A DNA stretch of 64,000 bases, from the NCBI GenBank assembly GCA_051294905.1, contig CM119378.1:3722001-3786000 (forward strand), written 5' to 3'. Source of the DNA: Botryllus schlosseri. Its lineage: Eukaryota. Made by a program: the position numbers and the translations under genes. Position 1 is the stretch's first letter. Each line of letters begins with the position of its first letter. Shown piece by piece: positions 51,420-63,062 of this stretch. The notes beneath the pieces are model-generated. The model was given only the letters and a program-made list of their open reading frames with translations, was not told the origin of the DNA and ran no database searches.

Positions 51420-53810
51420 GCCTACATACTGACAGTAGATGTGCCATCAGATCAGGGCATGTGTTCATTATAATAGCGACGGTTGCAAGGGATACGCACA
51501 GGTATTTAAAACTATCGACAATACCAGTGATGTTTGAAGTGAGATCTTGGAATTGTCGGATAGAGCCATCCGATTCCAATGTATCATCGATTTAGTCTCC
51601 GCGTAGATTAATGTAAAAGCGTGTATGACAAACAACTTCTTTTTCCGTCATAGCTAAGCATTGCCACAAAGTTAAAGGTAAAGCATGTCTACTCCTGGTG
51701 TTAGAGTCAATATTTGTTACTTGACAATTTATATTACGTTTCCTATTGGTAACGAAATAATTGGAGGACTGCTCATATTTCAAACATGCAATTTCGTAAC
51801 GTAAAAAAGATTTCGGATGTTTTGAGATAATCAGTTAACAGGATATACACAGTCTATGGGTCGACAGCGCATGCGGTGATCTGAAATTAATATCTTGCCG
51901 ATGACCCTTCTTCCGAAAAGCTTGTAACTTCATAAGATACAAGGCGGGATGTCGTGCGATTCCAAGAATTTAGCGCAATTAACCTTGAATATAAGTCATC
52001 ATTGTGATATATGTCATGTTTGTAACTGGAATATTCCTGCTCTAAGCGAACTACACTAACAAGCGCATATTCTTTGTGGAGTGGCAACTTACTCGGTGAT
52101 ATGCACGTTAAATATAATATCATAGTTAGAGTGTGTTTAACTTTGTTTGTGTCATGAAGCGGACCACTGACGTATACTTGCCAATGAAATCAACTAAGCC
52201 TAAATCTGATTTGAGTATCACAATTATTAGATGATCAACATCTAATTCTTACCACATACTACCTCAGGCATATAAACTTTCACTACTTTGTTTTGTTTCA
52301 ACACCAGGAAGTGCAATTTCGACAGAATTTGAAGCGTCCAGGGATTATTTATCGGGTGAGTTATTTAATATATAAAGCCTACCAATTCGTTCTTTAGTAC
52401 ATATATCGCTAGATTTGTATATCCAAAACTAGCAACAGCATTGCAGCGTTTCAATAACATATCAAATACATTTTTTTTTATAGATGGTTGATTAAATCGT
52501 TGACAGCGTATTTTGATCGAGCCTTTGGTCTTCCAGCAGTAAAATTAATCGATATACCCGAATTCCCTTGCGCTGTAGCTGCTTTGGAAGGCATTGGAGT
52601 GTGTTGCTATGTAAATGTGTGACTTCGACTACCCAATTGACGCGTTCCTGCCTGAACTTGTTTCAGAATACTGGTCTTGTTACAGCACTGGTAGATTTTG
52701 GAAACTTCGGGAGGAAAAACGACCCGAACGCCGTTTTATGCGTCTCAGATCACTTCGGAAAATGTTCGGCCCGTTTTCCGAAAATTTCAAAAGCGTGGCA
52801 TGAATTCTTGCAGGAGAGAAAGGGCCGCTCAGTAGCGGCCTCGTCGGTTACGGAACGCGAAAATACCTTTCTGTTTGGGCAATATGACATGACGTAAGTA
52901 ACAACAATATATCATTATTTTACCCTACAGTGTGTTTACTATATGTAGTAAACAGAGGTGGTCAAAGTAGTCAAGAAAGCTACTCAAGTACGAGTAGAAA
53001 TACTTCTTCCATAAGCAACCTGAAATTACTTCAAGTAGAAGTAGAATTGACTGACTTTAAATCTACTCAAGTAAGTCAGTAGTTGTGAAAACGATCCTTA
53101 TTCGTTCACATGGATTGTCAAAAGGTGCAAATTGAGCTATGCGGAACGTGCAAACTTGATTCATATTGATGCATACCAGGAGGTATCCAATTTTCGACAG
53201 CTTAAGCATTTGTCCGCATCATATGGGATGAAAATGACAGTATTGATATGGAAATGCGATACTAATCCTGTGTTCTCTCGAACAGCACGTTTTAGAAAAT
53301 ATCATGGTATGACGCCCTCCCCCATATTATAAGGCCCGTATAGTTTAGTCGAAGAGCAATACGTAGAAGTTGTATAGAATACGGTGTAAACACTTCGTCT
53401 GATTAGTAAACGTTAATAAAAAATATGGTGGACTGTAAAAATGCCATATTGTGTATCTTTATTTCCGGAAATTATTGGCATTACTACACTTGCTTTTATA
53501 CTTCAACATGTATGGTATCCAGACAAAAGAACTGATATTAATTGGAACTCAAAGTATATGATACTGGGAATTGAAATTAAATACTACTTCTAAAAGCGGA
53601 ACGTGTATTTCATGTCTTTCGTCCAGAAAGTTTCAAAGGTGGTATGCTAAAGCAGCTTTAAAACTAAAAAAAGTCAGAGTCCACTTTTCCAGATTAGGAC
53701 ACGCGCCATGGACCTGCTAGATTACGATATGATAAGTAAAAGCTAAATTGCGAAACATCAGTTTCAAACGTTATGATGATCCATATATACTGTGATGAAC
53801 TATTTCATAT

Positions 53811-54094
53811 GTTGTTGTTGTTGTAGTTTGTGGTATTCACGGTGTTTGTCGACTGCAATGGTCATTTACACCAGGCCGATATTACTTCATCTTAATTCCG
53901 TGTCTGCCGACTTGTAGCACGGCCCACTTCTAGGCTTTCTGTAAGACACCGCTTAGGCGGATGAGATGGCGAGGAAGTGCCTAGATAAACCTCCAACACT
54001 TAGGTAGGAATTCTGGAGTCGACCTCGGTCGCACTCGAACCCACAGTCCATTGGTGTTGTAGCTGCGGATTATACCACTACGCTATCTCGCCAC
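53811..54094 (-). mobile_element. Full-length tRNA-derived SINE (family A)
   Basis: A-box TAGCGTAGTGG, B-box GGTTCGAGTGC, (CAA)n tail. Confidence 0.85.
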
Positions 54095-54462
54095 GGACGC
54101 TTAACCATTACGCTATCTTGTCGGTCGGTAAGGATAGATATCGCATCTGCATGACGAGTGAAACATTCACCGCTGCCTCACGACTTAAGAACAAATATTT
54201 ACAGAATTAGGTAAAAATAGAAATAAAAATAACAATTTTCCCACTGACCGTGAATAACGGAACAATAAATACATTTGTCCTATTGCGTTTGCTAATACAA
54301 ATTTACCAGATTTTCTGTATAGGTATACCGTATTATATTTGTATGACTGTAAGCTATTTCATGACAAGTCATGACGGACCAAGGCCAATATTAAAGTTTT
54401 GTAACTATGCGCTTGTGACAAAAATAGCTTGGTGTCCCTGTTGTAGTGTGTATACTGTATAC

Positions 54463-54880
54463 TAGGGTTACAATTCGTCCTCTTTTAAGAGGATTTGTCC
54501 TCTTTTTTGACTTTTTTGAAAGTGTCCTCGGAGGACGCCCTTTTGTCCTCTTTTTTAAAGATTTTGTCCTCTTTTTTGAGAATTTTGATTAAATATATGG
54601 CAAAATCGACTCAGATACAATAAAGCAGCACCGAAGTAAAGCTCAGGCAGGTATTTCGGGAGCTGGACCGGAAAGTTGACCTTTCTTTTAATCAAAACCA
54701 AATGATAATGTGAAAGAAGAACTGTATGTTTGGACCTGAGCCAGAAAGTTGACCTTTTTAGTCAACCGACCACGAAGTGGGGAAAATTTACCATTTTTTC
54801 AAGATTTTCCTCAGTTGTTGCAAGTCTAAAAATTTTGAATAAGTGTCCTCTTTTCAGATTTCCTAAATATAGTAACCCTA
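54463..54880 (+). mobile_element. Blackjack-like hAT MITE (GTCCTC family)
   Basis: TAGGGTTAC...GTAACCCTA; perfect TSD CTGTATAC. Confidence 0.93.
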
Positions 54881-55447
54881 CTGTATACTACGTAGCAGAC
54901 CACATTATTGGATCTGCTATCGTATGTTAATATACTGCACTGCACACTGTATGGTTTATCCAGATATCGGGCGAGTCAAGTACGGGCAGTCGATGTCATA
55001 ATCTCACCGCGTGCAAACGTGAGCGGCGTGGTCTACGGCAGATATCACTTTACAATATCGGACATGCGAGGCGTTACTGTCTACAACGACGAACAGGTGA
55101 AATATAACCTGGACATTCTGAGTCATTATCAACCATGGAATTGCGTGCTGTTGATACGCAATTCATGTCAGGTAACTCTGCATCAAGAAGTGCAACGGTC
55201 CCGGATGGTTTCTGAGAACCACAAAATCTTAAATAACAGAAGTCTGTTAAAGGCATATTCCCGCGTACAGATCACGCACCTGCATACGACCGATAGCGGA
55301 ATCGTTTTTCCAGGATATGAGTATAGTGAGTACTCCCATATTGACGATCCTACAGACACACCCCTGACCTGAATTTGTATCAAGGTTATTCGCGGTCTCC
55401 ATTGTATAATTGTAATACTATTGAATAGTATATTCATATTGAAACTA

Positions 55448-55481
55448 ACCCGAATATTTTCGGCTGAGGCTCGTCAATAGT
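55448..55481 (-). ncRNA. Degenerate minimal hammerhead motif
   Basis: UUGACGA-G(CCUCAGC)C-GAAA-AUAU-UC-GGGU; C3 changed to U and stem I partly lost. Confidence 0.45.
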
Positions 55482-55532
55482 AATCGTCAGCAACTAGTAG
55501 AGAATTGGAATGAGCGTTGTATATCAGCAATC

Positions 55533-55773
55533 AGTGGGAAGCGAGTCGCGCAGTTGGCAGTGGTTCGAATCCCGGTCCGGACCTACTTCCGTGTCTCAGA
55601 CTCTAACGAGGGCGCGTGGGAGAGAGAGCGGAAGATGTGAATGAATTCGTGATTGGAGTCGTCTGCGAATAAACCGAAAGCAAAGACATACGAACATTAC
55701 AACATTCATGATCGGGTGCAAATGACCGAATTGGCGATAAGCGCCAACATTCTTCAATAAAAACAAAAAACAA
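55533..55773 (+). mobile_element. tRNA-derived SINE (family B), probably 5'-truncated, inserted in the PLE
   Basis: B-box GGTTCGAATCC; A-rich tail; TSD ATATCAGCAATC/ATATCAACAATC (11/12). Confidence 0.8.
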
Positions 55774-56070
55774 ATATCAACAATCGTATCACAAAATATG
55801 ACGTCACCAGCATGAAATTTCGGACAAGAGAACGTTCAATGCACTATTTTTAGGAATGGGCCGTTCACATTTTCATTTGTGTGCCTTGGAGTCGACTTTT
55901 AGCGAAATACACCAGCCAAGGCCATGTCAACAAAAGTAGTTCGTGTACTATCTAGAAATAGTACACCGAACGCTTTCTTATTCGAAATTTCATACTGGTG
56001 ACGTCATATTTTGTGATACTATTATTGATATACAATGATCTTTGAAATTCTCTACTAGTTGCTGACGATT

Positions 56071-56104
56071 ACCCTTGACGAGTGTCAACCGAAAATATTC
56101 AGGT
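56071..56104 (+). ncRNA. Minimal hammerhead motif variant
   Basis: ACCC-UUGACGA-G(UGUCAAC)C-GAAA-AUAU-UC-AGGU; two substitutions at the core/stem I junction. Confidence 0.5.
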
Positions 56105-56382
56105 TCATTTCAATATGAATATACTATTCAATTGTATATTGAAGTTCTGTACCTCCAAGAAGCTCTTCAATTGTAATACTGTCCGCATACTTGGCTTGAT
56201 AACGAAAATTTCTTTGAAGATATACAGTCTACTTGTCGACCTTTAAGACGCAAAATGTTGAGAGCTTGACAAGTCATGCAGCATTTGCCGTAACAGATTG
56301 CGGATTACGCTTTCAAATCTGTTGTAGGAGTTATAACGCATAGGTCGCCAGCGTGGCCACCTTATCCTTGAACAGTGAACAC

Positions 56383-56515
56383 GGTGTCTTAAAAAGCCAA
56401 AAAGTGTGTCGTGCTACAAGTCGGCAGATATGGAATCATAATAAAAAATATCGGCATGGCATAAATGACTATTGTAGTCGAAAAACATCACGGATATCAC
56501 AAACAAACAAAATAA
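56383..56515 (+). mobile_element. 5'-truncated SINE family A fragment
   Basis: ggtgtctta...cgtgctacaagtcggcaga...taaatgac.attg.agtcga; (CAAA) tail. Confidence 0.7.
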
Positions 56516-56528
56516 CGCAGAGGCCTAT

Positions 56529-58245
56529 ATCATCATCATCATTGGTTTATTAGCAACTTTATCAGTTCAATACACCACAAAATGCGATACAATGAAAAGA
56601 TATAGGAAGGTGTCGAAGCGACTTGGAGTAGTCTATGGAATCAGACACCCACCTAGGTCTAGGCGATGTAAAGAGGAGGCATGCACACTGAATGAAAAGT
56701 GAAGAAGATAGTATAGAAAAAAGTAAGCGACAAAAATGGGGTGGCATGTCATGGAAGGCGAGATCGATAGGTCAGTCGTGGTCCGGTAATCTTGAGGATG
56801 GACTAGTATTCCTTTAATAGTAATTGCTTGTATTTCGACTTGAATGTGGACATGCTCGTCGAGTGTCGGATGGCCGGCGGGATACTGTTCCACACCTCAG
56901 GTCCGGCATATTTGATGGAGCGATGATCTTTACGGTCGATCATATGATATTTGGATGACGTGGACGCGCGTGTGTTGTACTTGTGCGCATTTGATTCCGA
57001 GGTAAAAAAAAGTCATTGAAATATTCGGGACAACGACCCCAGTGGAACTGATACATAAACTTGGCAATTCCTAGTTTCCGCATATCTTCTATGTTTAGGA
57101 CACCGAATCTCTTCAGCAGCGACTTGTTGGATGGACAGCCAGGCCCCTGTGGGGCTTTAGCTATGATACGGAGTACCTTATGTTGCAGTTTTTGCAGTGG
57201 CTCGAGTGCAGTTTTATTGGCAGACCCCCAACAAAGGATGCCATATTGTAACTTCGATTGGATTACGGATTTAAAGAGTATCAAAAGAACCCAGGCTGGC
57301 TTGAAGCGTCCAAGGCTGTAGAACAGGCCGCACTTCGGTGATATTTTAGTGTCTAGGGACTAAATATGACTCTTTCAGGACATGTCCGAGTCCAATAAAA
57401 CCCCGAGATATTTGGCATTATCTCTGTTGGAAACGGGCTGACCAGCGATGTTAACGGTTAGGCTATTTTTTGAATTTACTGTCAGCAATTGGGATTTCGA
57501 GGCGTTTATGCAAAGGTTATTTTGGGCCGTCCACTCGTGCACTTTGGGCATTTGGTCACCAGTCAGGGCATCCAGCTCTGCCGTCGAAGATGCGGAAGAG
57601 AGGAGGTGAGTATCATCAGCGAACAGTGGGGTGTTTAATGAGGAGGTTTCAAAGATGTCGTTGACATATAAGGTGAAGAGGGCCGGTCCAAGTACTGAGC
57701 CTTGGAGTACACCACAGATTACCAGGTGAGGAGAGGACAAGGTGTTTGAGATTGCAACCATTTGTTGGCGTCCGGTGAGGTGACTTTTCATGAGCTCAAG
57801 TTGTGGGCCCCGAAATCCGTAACGCGCCAATTTCGAGATGAAAATTTTATGATCTACGCAGTCAAACGCTTTTTTTATATCGAGAAAAATGCTATATCCC
57901 ACATTTCGCGTCTCTGAGATATCATAATACTATTCAGTCACTGTTAAGAGGGCATGTGAGGTTTGGTGTTTGTTTCGAAAGCCAAATTGTTGATGGGAAA
58001 TGACAGACATTTGTGCGAGGAATGAGGATAGGCGAGAGAGGAGCAACTTTTCGAATACAACCCCGATGCATGGGAGAACGGATATCGGACGGTAGTTCGT
58101 GACATTAGCTCTATCCCCAGCTTTGTGTACAGGAACTACTCTGGCTGTTTTTAGATAGCTTGGGTAGACTCCATTTTCTATCATGAAGTTTAAAAAATGG
58201 GCGATATACTGACCGATATGCAAGCCTATCATTTTTAAAAACTAT
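56529..58245 (-). mobile_element. 5'-truncated L2/CR1/Crack-like LINE with disrupted reverse transcriptase
   Basis: NYRPISVL, QQFGFR, FLDIKKAFDCVDH, GVLQGSVLGP, LFADDT, KYLGV and LQYGILCWG across three broken ORFs; 3'UTR and AATAAACC(AT)GATGAT tail. Confidence 0.95.
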
Positions 58246-58638
58246 GATTGGATTTAGTCATAGCCGACGGCCTTGTGCGATTTCAGTTTGTGGATGGCTA
58301 CTTCGACTTCGTATTTGGTCGTAAGTTCGAGTACCAGACTTACCGCTCCATCCCAGCTCCGCGCATTTCAATTTGTCACTGTTTTCCGTTACCCTATTTA
58401 TATTCACCCAGTTCCGAGTGCAATGTGAAGTATGCCACGCATTGTAACAGGCTAATAATTTACTTCATATTTCAAAAATATTCGTTGCAATCCGCATGTT
58501 CAGAGTTTTCAATTTTTGTAGAGTGAGCAATAAACAACAGTGGTCTGTGCAGCTGCATGACTATAGGCTAAGATACGCATGGTATTGTATTGTGCGATTT
58601 GACTGGATTCAAGTTGATATGTTTTATTGTGTACGCAG

Positions 58639-58783
58639 GCTTCTTGTGGCTCTGATGAGAACGGGTACTTTGTCGTCGGCCTGAATAATGATGGGTTGAA
58701 CGGGGTCAGAAAGTGGATGAATGCGGGCAACGTAGACTTCGACCTAACACTGAGCACGGACACGATGAGTCAAATTTCACAAG
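58639..58783 (+). CDS. Possible isolated exon, weakly C-type-lectin-like
   Basis: cgcag acceptor and GTAACC donor; open frame ASCGSDENGYFVVGLNNDGLNGVRKWMNAG resembles the WIGL.D...G.W.W pattern; flanking exons unresolved. Confidence 0.3.
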
Positions 58784-58861
58784 GTAACCACTTTTTATGA
58801 AATCCCAGGACTCGAGAAATTAGTTTCAGGTATAGTATGCATATTGGTGGTTAGCTTACCC

Positions 58862-61088
58862 CAGCGTTGCGCAAACTACGGCCCGCGGGCCGCATGCAGC
58901 CCTCCACACCGTTCTGTGCGGCCCGCGAGAGTCTAAAGAAACTTATTAAAAATATTGATAAAATGCCTACTAAAAGTCGATTTAACGCTAGGACTTGATT
59001 AAATTTTTTCTTAATATATTTCACCATGATAATTGTAATGCAGTAGTTCTAAACTGGGGGAGCACCCCCCTTAGGGCCGTGAAAGTATCTGAAGGGGGGC
59101 GAAAAGCTGAGCTCAACTGACAAATTTTTTCGCGCTATGCGCGCTCTACATCCCATTCATAATTATTGCTCTGCATTTAGTCTGAATTTCATAATTGAAA
59201 ATCTCTCATCCACAGTCGTAACCTTCCATGCCATCTAACTATCCGTTAGGTTTGCTAGCATCTCGGTTGCGTTTTGTGATCTGGCGATAAGGCGGGGGGG
59301 GCGCGAACTCTTTTACAATCATAAGGGGGGGTCGTAGGGCCTATCTTGAAAAGTTTGAGAAGCACTGTTCTAAGGTAAAGGCTTAATTTCTGAAGCGACA
59401 GCCCGATCTCAAGGCCCACGCAGTTTGAAAGGTTTCAACTGGTAAACATCACAGAAATACCTAAACGAGATTGACATAATTCGGATCACTAGTGTAATTT
59501 CCGATTGGCCACTCCAGTTTTTATTGCTTCTGTGATGTGCTTATAAAATACGATTCGCGCGTGTCTTAGGTGGATTCGTTCTATGTATGCGTGGGTATTC
59601 ATATTTTATCCAGACATGCCACTCCTGGGTTTTCCCACCCAGATCTGTTTTTTTAGCATCACCTAGGTTTCTGGGTTTTTGTGCTTGAAATCTGGGTTTT
59701 TTTCAGCATCATGTTTGTCAGGTCAATTTTACGGCGTTAAATTGATTGTTAGATTAGTAAGATCTTATAATGTTGACGGATTCTACTGTGATTGAAACGG
59801 CAGAGTCTAAAGAGACCCATATACTATTAAAATGAGAGGTCTTGGCGTGATGCGATATAGCTTCATTGAATACTGAATACTAGGTCGCAGAAAGTCATGT
59901 TTACAGGGCAACTCTGGAGCAGTTGTTTTACATTTCAAAATGATTTAGGACTTGAATGCTAGCGCTGCAACAAATTCGTTGAGTGTCAGTAAATAGTATT
60001 TAGCTGCTGTAAAGTATGCAATTAATGCACATGGAAAGTCCAAATGTTGATCTCTAACTAATTTACCATGTTGACATCAGAGTTTATTCACTTTCAACAG
60101 GGACACTCAAAGAGAGACAGTTTGGGCACCCGGGCAAGTTATTCAGAGGGAGGGGGGTTAGTTAAATTCAAATAAGCCTTTAATTTCATGATCTGGAAGT
60201 GTCTTTTTCGACTAAACATCCCAGATAAAAGTGCTTGTCCCAGGTTTAATGAATCGAAAGCTATTTTCAATCTATCTGGTCAGCTGACAGTCACTGGAAC
60301 TACCCTAACATCATCCTCATCATAGATGGGGATTAGCATTGTTACGAACATTAGGAATATATAATACATTACGTATTGACCCCTCATACCGAATGCCTCG
60401 TAGCAATGTGTCTGGAGGAAAACATCATATTTCGATGGATTTGCTCATTTAACTGAGCAAAATGTATAATATGAAAATGGACCGTTGGGATTTCAATATC
60501 AAGAGCTAAAACTTCTTCTATGTCCGTATAACTGTCATTGATGACTCTCCGTCTCTGTTTTACAGCTATATCATAGAAATTTGAATGAAATATAGGATCT
60601 GAGTTTTTTAACATCCAAACCCTTTTTTTCCAAAATATATCAGTGGCATCTCTGCTTTTATCTACACATACTAGAAGCGTGTTTGAAGCTAACATGGTTA
60701 TGATGCAGTCAGCATTGTGTGTCCTGGAACTGATCCAAAAGTATAATTAATAAATCTCTGAACAGATCGCTGCTCACAGATTTAAATTTCAATCCTGTTC
60801 TAAGAATCGGGACAACCGACTTTCATCTCTATAGTTATGATAAATTGGTTATTGAGGTCGACCATAGCCTACGAAATCTCGCCACTGTTTATGACTGGTG
60901 TACGATATCATCAAAGCAATGTTTGGATTGTTTTAAATAAGCATATTTATATTATCTCCATGTCCTTACTATATAATCAAATACCGATATTGCGTTTTGG
61001 TTTATCATATAAATTTGATATAGTGCGACGCGCGAATTGATTCAAATGTTGAAAGCGGCCCGCGAACTCAAAAGTTTGCCCACCCCTG
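58862..61088. mobile_element. Charlie-type element with nested inserts (MITE 59041-59367; further left end at ~59610)
   Basis: CAGCGTTGCGCAAACT...AGTTTGCCCACCCCTG; perfect TSD GCTTACCC; GCGGCCCGCG motifs. Confidence 0.88.
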
Positions 61089-61816
61089 GCTTACCCTGTC
61101 AATCCAAGTTTATTTGTATTCGAAGAGCGTCACGACGCCGAATTTTTATTTCTGACTTGTGGTCAATGGAAATTTCAAATTTAAATTGGATTTTCGATTC
61201 TTTGTTTATATGTAGCCTACCACAGCATTAGTAATGATCTTGCGCTCGGGTTGTGATATTATCTCGTGAGGAATGACATCAGTTTTGGAGATTATAAGGA
61301 TCGAAGACAGAAGACATGTACGATTGAAGGAAATACTAAATTTCATCAAATTCACAGATGAATAGGCCTACAGTGATTAAACGTCTAAATATTTATTCAT
61401 TAACAACTTTACCTTGATCACGATCCAGTGACTAAACTTCAATTCGTGACAGCTTACCCGAGTAGCTTTGTACACCTCAGTATACTTTGATTTCATAAGC
61501 TTGGTTTGATAAATAACTTTATCTTTTTAAGCATTCCGAGCATGTTTATTAATCTTTAAAATCTATAAGTAGGTCATGACCATGAGCCGCACCGGCACGT
61601 ATTTCCGTGATCTCACCCTGCGGCGTAGACTTGGTTTCCTTAACAACTTTGCAAGCCGTCGCAGACTTTTGCTTCGTCTTTTAAATTTAGCAGTACACAC
61701 ACATACAATAGGCCACGACATGACACTTACAGACTTGGCCTATTTAAATGCTCGGCATTTGCGGCGAGGTTTGCGAACAGGAACCCTATATATGTTCTAG
61801 GACAGTGGGTCTCAAC

Positions 61817-62810
61817 TAGGGATGGTGTGAACGTGAGGTTCGCGTTCGCGTTCTGTGTGTGAACCTCATAAATTTAGAGGTTCACGTTCACAAACGAACC
61901 TTGGTATGTTCTGCACTGTAAACCTTTTTCATATATTACAATTTTCACGTCATTAAACATCTTTGGTTGAAATTTATTTCATTTCAACTGCGAGGCACTC
62001 TATGTATGGCGCTGGCAGCATATAATAAATCAACACTAAACAAGCACGCACCTTCACAATCTCATAAATTTTACCTGCTTTGTTACAAAAGTTTACTTGA
62101 AATATCCAGCTTTCTGTTTGTGAATATTTAAAGACTCTCTGTTGTGAGCTTGACCCGCAATCACACAACATCAAGAGCTAAATACGCTACTGTATGAAGT
62201 CAGCGAATGATGCTTATTCAACCAATCAATGAAATTGATATCGTTGTCTAATGAGAAGAAACTAGTAATCGTACGGGGTCCATCTCGAATTCATATGTTT
62301 ATTGTATCATAAAAACCAAATCCGTGAGATTGGGGTGTTGGTTACTGCTGTATAACTTCTTAACGGGGTAAAACCCGTTTCACACTCTGCTCAATATCAA
62401 CGTAGCAACATTCAGATGCTAAATACGTTGTCCGGTCTGGCCTAGACCGTTCAGGCGTAAGCTTATATTCACTTGCGAGTCCCCGTCGAAATTGTTGGCA
62501 AATCGACGGAAGATATTGATTTTATGGCATTATTATAGCATTTGATTGAACCAAATTTGATACATTTGACGACGTTTAAAATGTCAATATGTACTTCAGC
62601 ATTGTGGCATTATGCAGACCGAGTCATCGCTAGGTATCGTGTACAATGTGAAGGCTACATCATTATATCACTTCACTGAAATGTAGGGTTGGAATTAACA
62701 ATATGACGTCACGTGACGTCATAAGGTTCACGTTCGCGTTCATACAGAACCTTTTAAAAAGGTTCGCGTTCACACGAACTCGAACCTTTCAGAGGTTCAC
62801 ACCATCCCCA
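61817..62810 (+). mobile_element. hAT-type GTGAAC-repeat element
   Basis: TAGGGATGGTGTGAAC...GTTCACACCATCCCCA; perfect TSD GTCTCAAC. Confidence 0.93.
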
Positions 62811-63062
62811 GTCTCAACCTTTATTACCTCGCGGCCGTGCGTGCAAGAGCAGTTCGAACTGAATGAATTTTGTATTCTGTAAGTGGTGTGGTTTGTTCTT
62901 GAGAAGTTAACACCGCCCAAGGCCGCGTTGGCATTTGCCAACTCAGGTTAGCATATAGGCCATGAATGGAATGCGAAATAAAAAGTCAATTGCACGACGC
63001 TAGGAATTGAATGTTCTTGTAACATTCCGTTGTTCCTAATGAGATATATGACTCGTCATAAC

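Larger units (their letters stand above)
48233..55372 (+). pseudogene. Five-exon secreted cysteine-containing protein gene, tentatively USOMP7-like (exons 48233-48354, 50616-50662, 52308-52355, 52484-52893, 54964-55372), with two apparent 1-nt deletions
   Basis: Signal-peptide-like MQAQAIVVSAVVLCCFCVTYG; canonical GT/AG sites; exons 1-2-3 and 4-5 are phase-compatible; RRRRRR basic cluster; frame breaks at the exon 3/4 join and near 52518. Family assignment is from memory only. Confidence 0.6.
55420..56168. mobile_element. PLE insertion made of two inverted terminal repeats
   Basis: Minus copy 55420-~55853 and plus copy ~55858-56168; perfect 12-bp TSD AATTGTAATACT (55408-55419, 56169-56180). 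Confidence 0.9.

Noticed and set aside
59850..60800. Degraded minus-strand hAT transposase
   Set aside because: Only vague motif echoes across several frames; not supportable without a translated search.
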